In this document: one piece after another, positions 57,590 through 64,000 of the stretch
Position numbering within the stretch: the first letter of the stretch is position 1
Layout: every line of letters starts with the position of its first letter
Source: an uncultured Dehalococcoidales bacterium
GTDB taxonomy: Bacteria; Chloroflexota; Dehalococcoidia; GIF9; UBA5629
Direction of reading: 5' to 3'
Assembly: GCA_964554375.1 (NCBI GenBank)
Contig: CAZKOL010000002.1
Span: 14,476-78,475, forward strand
Length of the DNA: 64,000 nt
The notes under the pieces: generated by a model
Seen by the model: the letters and a program-made list of their open reading frames with translations, nothing else
The model's database searches: none
Told to the model about the DNA's origin: nothing
Made by a program: the position numbers and the translations under genes

Positions 57590-58558
57590 ATGAGCGATAT
57601 CCTGAAAAAATATGACGGGCAGCGGGTACTGGTAACGGGTGGTGCGGGATTCATAGGGTCTCACCTTGTGGAAAAACTGGTTGACCTGGGCGCCCGTGTC
57701 TCTGTTATCGATACCATGCTGTGCGGCAACAAAATAGAACACCTTGAAGGTCATAAGAACCTATCCATCCACCGGCTGGACGTTACAGATATCACGGCTA
57801 TCGGGCCGCTGTTCAAAGGACAGGATATGGTTTTTCACCTGGCGGCCATGGTGGGAGTGGAAGAGACGCAGGATGAGCCTGTGAAACTGCTGAATGTCGA
57901 AGTTGGTGGCACCTCGAATGTCATATCTCTGGCAGCCAAGAACAAAATCAGGCGCTTCATCTCCGCGTCATCATCGGAGGTGTACGGCGATTCTTCTGCC
58001 CCCATGGTGGAAGAGGGACCTTTCAACCCCAAATCCACATATGCCTTGACCAAGCTTATGGGTGAACATTACTGCCAGGCCTACTACCAGAAATTCGGTC
58101 TCGAATATGCGGCCTTGCGTTATTTCAATGTCTATGGCCCGCGCCAGGATGATCGTTTTGTATTGTCCCGTTTCATCAATAGAGCTTTGAATGGTGAGGA
58201 GCTCCGCATATACGGAGACGGGAACCAGACCCGCGATTTTACATATATAGACGATAGCATTCGCATGTCACTTCTGGCCGGGTTGCTGGATGGAGGTGTT
58301 AACCAGGAGCTAAACTTCGGCACCGGAAAAGCTGTATCAATCAATACGCTTGCCGATATGGTGCTGACCTCCCTCAAGCTGAAAGGACAGATAAAAACAA
58401 CGTATGTAAATTACGATCGTCTAAGGTCGTTTGAAATAGAGGTATTTAACCGCGTAGCCGACACCACTAAAGCAGAGACGCTGCTGGGATACAAACCTGT
58501 TACCGATTTGAAAGCAGGTTTGCAGAAATGTATTGACTGGTACAAAAATCGGGCGTAA
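57590..58558 (+). CDS. NAD-dependent nucleotide-sugar epimerase/dehydratase
   Basis: TGGAGFIGSH, SSSEVYG, YALTK, RYFNVYGPRQ. Confidence 0.9.
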   Translation: MSDILKKYDGQRVLVTGGAGFIGSHLVEKLVDLGARVSVIDTMLCGNKIEHLEGHKNLSIHRLDVTDITAIGPLFKGQDMVFHLAAMVGVEETQDEPVKLLNVEVGGTSNVISLAAKNKIRRFISASSSEVYGDSSAPMVEEGPFNPKSTYALTKLMGEHYCQAYYQKFGLEYAALRYFNVYGPRQDDRFVLSRFINRALNGEELRIYGDGNQTRDFTYIDDSIRMSLLAGLLDGGVNQELNFGTGKAVSINTLADMVLTSLKLKGQIKTTYVNYDRLRSFEIEVFNRVADTTKAETLLGYKPVTDLKAGLQKCIDWYKNRA

Positions 58559-58571
58559 CCGCTGATTACGG

Positions 58572-60410
58572 CTACGTATCGCCGATCTTGTAACGGTACC
58601 ATTGTTCAAAGGTCATTATCGTTGCGAACGACTTGAACCACTTGATGATAGCATCCAGTTTTTCAAGCTTGACCATGTCCGGCTTACCATCTTTACCAAG
58701 AAAACAATCGGGGTGCATCCCTATAGCTGCCACTCCCAGTGCGCTCATGGTGCTGCAGATACTTATCCCGTAGTCGTTGTATTCGATAGATTCACCCCAG
58801 GCGTCTATATAAATGCAGTAGTCCTTTTGTTTCATGGGCTTGTCCAGATTGATAACATCGGTCCATTGGCAGTTGTACCAGATGCACATATCGGATGCCG
58901 TGGGGATTCTGTACATACCCTTAGCCGGATCGATGTGGCAATTGTAGTCAACCGGATCCAATGACGGACATGGTTCAACCGATTTGTGTACCGAGAATAT
59001 TTTATAACCGGCATCCTGTATCGCTTTATATCCGAGTTCATCGTAATAATCCGTGGGGACGGTAAAAGATACGGGATTGATGCCGAAGTATTTCAGGAAC
59101 TTGCATCGCGCTTGAATCAGCTTGAATTTTAATTCTTCATAGGATACCTTGGCTTTTTCCGCCTCAGCCTTTGCAGCGTACACGTTTATGCACGGATTGT
59201 CTTCAAGGTGCTCAAGGTATTTTTGACTTATATCCAGTTGATAGTAGGTCCAGTCATAGCCGTGGACACTGATGCCAACCACATTCTCATCAACGTATTT
59301 TTTTAACCAGGGGATCTTATATGAATCGGTGCCATCGACATTGGAGACCACCCCGCAATCCAATGGTACCCCGTTTCGCTGGAAAAGCTTTATTATTTCC
59401 TGCACCACGTCTTCCCGGTATCCCTTGGCAACATCGTCCAGCCTGAAAATGATTACGGGCCCACCGTTATATGGTGGTAACGGCCGCTTGATACCGACAG
59501 AGTCCGCGGGACACCCGGTGATATACTGGTACCAGTTCTCCAGCGTGGTGATAGCTCCAAGCTCGTGGTAGGACTTAACGAGGCTTGATAACTGTAATAG
59601 TTTGGCAGGATCCGGCTTATCATTTACGTCCAATACCGATGTTACGGGTAATTCGATAACGGCCACTCCGAGGCTGTTAATGCTCTGTTTGACCGCATCG
59701 TACAATTTGGTGGATGTATCGGACTTTTGCGAGAAGTCGATCTTGCCAACTATGGGCAAACGGTAAAGTCCTCCGGCATCCATCTGGCCTGACCATGTCA
59801 GCGGTTTAATTGAAGGTGTGAGCACATCCGCATCGCTGTAAGCGATGACCTTGAATCCGCTGTCCTGTAGTGCCCCATAGTTGGCCTCATTGATAGCCGC
59901 AGTGGGTAGCAAACAGGTAAAAGTCGGCGAACCGAATATGTATTTAAGCTGATCGCGAGTCAATACAAGGTTGGCTGTAAATGCTGCGTATTCGTCACCG
60001 GTTAGTGAGGACTGAGAACCCAGCCACGTAACCGAATTACCGTCAACGCTTGTATCGATGATACCTGCATCTGAGAAATAGGTCAGTTCCCTGGTGTTTT
60101 CATTCTGGCCGTAATTCTTGGCTGGGGGTTTTACAGCAACATCGAGGGGCGCATCGTTTTCCGCGAATACGCGGATGATCTGGCTCACAGCATCTGTGGG
60201 TACGTCACCATCGATCTGATCGAGGATGAAAATGACAGCGCCGCCTCCCTCGTACGGCAGCGTCTGCATCACTCTTGAGTGTGGTGACGGAATTGACTGT
60301 GAAGTTGCCGGTATCACCTCAGGTTGGGCAAGGGGAGCGGTGCAGCCGATAGAAAACAGTAAAACCAGGCATAATAAAAGATTGACCAACTGTAACGCCA
60401 ATGAGTTCAT
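58572..60410 (-). CDS. Lipoprotein with tandem polysaccharide deacetylase-like (DUF2334/CE4) domains
   Basis: Lipobox SIGC; second domain has FRLDD, HGYD, MHP; first domain degenerate (FILDQ); start reset to ATG 60410. Confidence 0.72.
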   Translation of the reverse strand: MNSLALQLVNLLLCLVLLFSIGCTAPLAQPEVIPATSQSIPSPHSRVMQTLPYEGGGAVIFILDQIDGDVPTDAVSQIIRVFAENDAPLDVAVKPPAKNYGQNENTRELTYFSDAGIIDTSVDGNSVTWLGSQSSLTGDEYAAFTANLVLTRDQLKYIFGSPTFTCLLPTAAINEANYGALQDSGFKVIAYSDADVLTPSIKPLTWSGQMDAGGLYRLPIVGKIDFSQKSDTSTKLYDAVKQSINSLGVAVIELPVTSVLDVNDKPDPAKLLQLSSLVKSYHELGAITTLENWYQYITGCPADSVGIKRPLPPYNGGPVIIFRLDDVAKGYREDVVQEIIKLFQRNGVPLDCGVVSNVDGTDSYKIPWLKKYVDENVVGISVHGYDWTYYQLDISQKYLEHLEDNPCINVYAAKAEAEKAKVSYEELKFKLIQARCKFLKYFGINPVSFTVPTDYYDELGYKAIQDAGYKIFSVHKSVEPCPSLDPVDYNCHIDPAKGMYRIPTASDMCIWYNCQWTDVINLDKPMKQKDYCIYIDAWGESIEYNDYGISICSTMSALGVAAIGMHPDCFLGKDGKPDMVKLEKLDAIIKWFKSFATIMTFEQWYRYKIGDT

Positions 60411-60442
60411 GTTGTTATCATAAGACCTTGATACCTTCGAAG

Positions 60443-61816
60443 TCAAAGTGTGGCGTAGAGCGCTCTGGCGGCCTCGATAAGCTTGGGGTCGGTTGTATAT
60501 TGAAGGCACATCTCTATGTCGGATTTCGCCTGCTCGTAATCACCCATGTTCTTATGTATTATAGCCCGCGTAAAATAGGCCCAGGCAAAATCATATTGAA
60601 GCCGTATGGCTTCGTTTATATCGGACAACGCTTTTTCGAACATGCCCTTGCCATTATAAGCCCAGGCACGGTTTGACCAGGCCGCTGACAGCTTGGGGTT
60701 TAATGATATGGCAAAGTCGCAATCAGCTATAGCCAGGTCGAATTGCCTTAAATTATTGAAGGCCCAGGCGCGCGTGACGTAAACAATGGCTAATTCGGGA
60801 CTCAGGTCAATAGCCTTCGTAACGTCGGCGATGGCCAGTCGGTATTCCTCCTTCAAAATATATCCGCGTGCCCGCATGTTATAAGCGAGGGCGGATTTGG
60901 GATTCAATTCGATGGCCTTGTTGCAGTCATCCATGCCCATCTGCCACCAGTCTTTAGAGAGATCATAAGGATATTTCTCGAAGTAAGCCCAGGCGCGTTG
61001 AGTATATGCAAACGGCAGGTTGGGATTGAGTTTAATAGCGGTATCGCAGTCAGCTATGGCAAGGTCGTAATTACCCCTGGCTATCTGTGCCCAGGCGCGG
61101 TTCACGTAGGCAGTGGCAACCCTGGGATCTAAACTGATCGCTGTGTCGCAATCCTCGATAGCCGATTCATACACAGAAAGCTGGTTATATACCCAGGCGC
61201 GGTTGACGTATGCCAGCGGCAGCGTGGGGTCGATCTCAATAGCTTTATTGCAGTCAGCCATTGCATCTTCATACTGGCCCATCTCGTTATAGTCCATGGC
61301 GCGGAATATATAGGCTATAGCCCTATCCGGCTCAACGGCGATACCATCGGTGCATGCGACTACAGATTCCCGGTACTTGCCCAGGCCATAGAGCGCCCAG
61401 CCTTTATTGATGTAGCCCAGGGCAAGCTTTGGATTTAATTCAATGGCCTTTTCCGAGTCGTCCAGCGCCAGCGTATAAAGGCCTTTTTCATTATAGGCGG
61501 AGGCGCGCGTGGTATATGCTAATGCGATATCATGTTTTTTATTAAGGGCTTTGCTGCAGTCCGCAATAGCCAGGTCATACTCGCCTATTTGGTTATAGGA
61601 CAATGCCCTGTTGATATAGAAGAAAGGCTGGTTTGAATCCATGCTGATAGCCTTTGTATACTCGGCGATAGCCTTATCCCACTGCTTTTCGCTGTATAAT
61701 TCATTTGCTGCTTTATAGCGGTCGATGGGGCGGTCAAAGATAAAGCAGGATAAGGAAAGCGCTGAGATACAGATTAATAGGATAATGCTGGCTGTTTTAT
61801 TCCAAATGGTATTCAT
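60443..61816 (-). CDS. TPR-repeat lipoprotein
   Basis: LSLSC lipobox; many 34-aa repeats AY.NRA..Y...AIADC..AI.L.P. Confidence 0.9.
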   Translation of the reverse strand: MNTIWNKTASIILLICISALSLSCFIFDRPIDRYKAANELYSEKQWDKAIAEYTKAISMDSNQPFFYINRALSYNQIGEYDLAIADCSKALNKKHDIALAYTTRASAYNEKGLYTLALDDSEKAIELNPKLALGYINKGWALYGLGKYRESVVACTDGIAVEPDRAIAYIFRAMDYNEMGQYEDAMADCNKAIEIDPTLPLAYVNRAWVYNQLSVYESAIEDCDTAISLDPRVATAYVNRAWAQIARGNYDLAIADCDTAIKLNPNLPFAYTQRAWAYFEKYPYDLSKDWWQMGMDDCNKAIELNPKSALAYNMRARGYILKEEYRLAIADVTKAIDLSPELAIVYVTRAWAFNNLRQFDLAIADCDFAISLNPKLSAAWSNRAWAYNGKGMFEKALSDINEAIRLQYDFAWAYFTRAIIHKNMGDYEQAKSDIEMCLQYTTDPKLIEAARALYATL

Positions 61817-61863
61817 AAACCTTATCCCACACCTGCTATATTAAAAAATGACCTGGTAGATAA

Positions 61864-62586
61864 TTATTTGTATACCTTCCACTTCCACTTAAGTTCCGGC
61901 AGCTGCAAGCAATCCATGCTGGTGACATAAATCACCTGTTCTGAGGGTAATATGGTACTCTCAACCACTTTGCCGCTGACGGTGACCTCCGTCATCATCC
62001 ATTCGTTGTGTTTATTGATTATACGTCCCTGGTGCCAGCAATTCACGGTATCGCTGGCGGTATTTCTGTTGCGGTCGATTATTTCCCAGACAACGTATTT
62101 ATTCGGGTAGTAGCTCCAGCCCTCGTATAGTGGCTCGGTCGTGATATTGTCGGAGCTGCTCTTAGGCCAGATAATTGCTCCGTCTGCTGTTTTAACGATA
62201 ACCAGGAATTTGGTAGATATTTCGTAGCGTCCGTCGGATGCCCTTAACGTATATAACGTAATTTCCCGCGGTGATATCGAGACATTTCCGGAATTTCCGC
62301 TTACACTCCCGATGGCCGGATCGATTGAAAGTGAAGTAGCGCCGGACACTTTCCAGGAAAGAACGGTATTTTCGCCCAGTTTTATGGTTTTAGGTTGAGC
62401 GGTAAAGGACTTAATATCAAGAGATGCCGGGGCGGTTATATTGCCCGTTACAGAAGGATTACCTTCCGGAGGTTTTACCTGTACAGGCAATTCGTCAACA
62501 GTACAAGAGACCCCGACCAAGAGGAATAGCGATATTAAAAATGATACTGTCAACGAAGAGTATCGCCGTTCCAACTTAAACAACAT
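61864..62586 (-). CDS. Hypothetical lipoprotein with Ig-like domain
   Basis: VGVSC lipobox; I.SF.A.P..I..G....LSW.V.GAT, YTL.A. Confidence 0.7.
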   Translation of the reverse strand: MLFKLERRYSSLTVSFLISLFLLVGVSCTVDELPVQVKPPEGNPSVTGNITAPASLDIKSFTAQPKTIKLGENTVLSWKVSGATSLSIDPAIGSVSGNSGNVSISPREITLYTLRASDGRYEISTKFLVIVKTADGAIIWPKSSSDNITTEPLYEGWSYYPNKYVVWEIIDRNRNTASDTVNCWHQGRIINKHNEWMMTEVTVSGKVVESTILPSEQVIYVTSMDCLQLPELKWKWKVYK

Positions 62587-62760
62587 ATCGAATTAAATTC
62601 TGACGATCATTCTTAAAGATACCGATTCAATTATAGCGTCCCTTTGATGTTTTGGGAATAAGCAGGTGTATTTGTAGTTCTTACTTTGAATAAAAAATTG
62701 AATCATGCCAAAATAACCTGGCCTTTTTAAAGATATAAATAGGGCATTTAACGAAAAGAT

Positions 62761-63678
62761 ATGCCTGAAGACAAAGAAAAAAAGCTGGTTAACCACAGCA
62801 AAGCCAAGGAACATTCCATTTTGCTTGGCCTGTTGCTGGGGATATTCGGGCTGATAACCGGCATAATTGCCGCAGTTATAGCCAATTCGCTGACCCTCGA
62901 GTCGGAGATTCTTAAAAATATAGGGCTGGTCACCGCCGTGTTTTTGTCCTACCTGAGCATCAGGAAGGTCAACCGCGGCCGTACAGAGGGGTATAACTAT
63001 GGGTACGGCAAGCTTGAAAGCGTCTCGGGCCTTATCGTGGCAACGGTACTTGTTATATCGCTGATAATCGTGATCGGGCATACCATCGAGAGGTTTCAAC
63101 ACCCGGTGGAACTGCATGCGGGCGGTGTTGACCTTGCCATCGTGTTCTCGGCTGTAGCGCTGTTAACCAGCGCATGGCTGTGGCGGCACGATTACCACCT
63201 GACAAAGGAGGAATATTCACCGGTACTGGAATCGCTCTGGCGCATGTACCGCTCTAAAACCGTCGCGTCTATGCTGGTTATAATTTCACTGGCGTTGAGC
63301 GCCATATTCAGTGATCAACCCTGGGCAACCTACGTCGACCCGGTCGTCTCCGTTATCATCGGGCTCTTCATCGTCCAGTCCATATACAATATCAGCGCCA
63401 TGTCTGTCTACGACCTGCTGGACCGTGCCCTGGAAGAGTCTCTCCAGATCGTCATCCTCAGGGAGCTGGCACATTATTTTGACGAATACGAGGCTATTCA
63501 CGGAATACGTTCAAGGCGGTCAGGAGCCAATGTATATGTTGAGATCTTTTTGGAATTCGACGGCGACAGGAAGATGGCCGAGGTGCAAAAGGTAATAGAT
63601 GACATCAGGACCGGCCTGGAAAGTAAGATTAACGGCAGCGAGATAATAATCTCACCTGCTACAGCAGACGTAGCATGA
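62761..63678 (+). CDS. Cation diffusion facilitator-fold transporter (atypical metal site)
   Basis: YNYGYGKLES, DPVVS, LLDRAL, IRSRRSG; six TMs plus C-terminal domain. Confidence 0.85.
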   Translation: MPEDKEKKLVNHSKAKEHSILLGLLLGIFGLITGIIAAVIANSLTLESEILKNIGLVTAVFLSYLSIRKVNRGRTEGYNYGYGKLESVSGLIVATVLVISLIIVIGHTIERFQHPVELHAGGVDLAIVFSAVALLTSAWLWRHDYHLTKEEYSPVLESLWRMYRSKTVASMLVIISLALSAIFSDQPWATYVDPVVSVIIGLFIVQSIYNISAMSVYDLLDRALEESLQIVILRELAHYFDEYEAIHGIRSRRSGANVYVEIFLEFDGDRKMAEVQKVIDDIRTGLESKINGSEIIISPATADVA

Positions 63679-63735
63679 CGTTTAAGGCGGGTATTATAAA
63701 GGAACATTGCGATCAGCAGACGGTGGATAGCAGGC

Positions 63736-64000
63736 ATGGATGACAATACACTGACGATAGAGAGTGCAATCATGGAGGACATACCCAGGATTGTCGAATT
63801 TGTGGTTAACTGGTTGCAGAGGAGGGGATTGGATAAGTATGTTTTTGCACTCGAGACGGCTGTTGATGAAGCAAGTACCAACGTGGTAAAGCACGCTTAC
63901 GGCGGGAAAGGCGGTTTCTACCAGATTTCCTGTGCGCTATCTGGCGCCGATATAATTGTCACTATCAGGGACCATGGTGATAAATTTGACCCTGGATCTG
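63736..64000 (+). CDS. RsbW-like anti-sigma factor Ser/Thr kinase (partial)
   Basis: Manual translation ...LETAVDEASTNVVKHAYG...IRDHGDKFDP (HATPase_c). Confidence 0.82.
   Translation, partial: MDDNTLTIESAIMEDIPRIVEFVVNWLQRRGLDKYVFALETAVDEASTNVVKHAYGGKGGFYQISCALSGADIIVTIRDHGDKFDPGS

Noticed and set aside
60600-61700. Recurring GCCCAGGCGCG repeats as a CRISPR or DNA repeat array
   Set aside because: They are codons of the TPR repeats (RAWA) at about 102-bp protein periodicity
606-63894. Numerous overlapping or antisense ORFs in the six-frame track (e.g. 2524-3786, 23400-24170, 24197-25000, 28910-29752, 30457-31035, 50303-51004)
   Set aside because: Shadows of well-supported genes on the other strand or frame; no motifs or RBS

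Overview
Bacterial anaerobe chromosome segment; gene content resembles Dehalococcoidia/Chloroflexota, which is an inference. It carries a complete reductive-type dissimilatory sulfite reduction set in two blocks: dsrA-B-D-N-C and dsrT-M-K-J-O-P. The blocks are separated by an orphan glycyl radical enzyme, ccsA and a small defence island (fused R-M enzyme, HEPN-motif gene, NYN nuclease, decayed AbiE-like pair). Upstream of dsrT is a NitT/TauT (sulfonate-type) ABC importer, divergent from an operon encoding a LarA-family nickel-pincer enzyme, a small Cys-rich protein, a close homologue of 2-ketopropyl-coenzyme M oxidoreductase/carboxylase (2-KPCC) and an SDR. A 25-bp palindromic element (24/25 identical) sits in both divergent promoter regions (dsrA/GRE and ABC/larA). 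The best candidate novel system is therefore a co-regulated coenzyme M or organosulfonate uptake and desulfonation route feeding sulfite to DsrAB. The window also holds a BKACE/aminotransferase catabolic cluster, larBEC, an osmoprotection island (otsAB, treT, MscS fusion, Na+/H+ antiporters) and a two-component/exopolysaccharide locus. No rRNA, tRNA, CRISPR array or transposase was recognised. All homology calls come from motif recognition and memory, not database searches.
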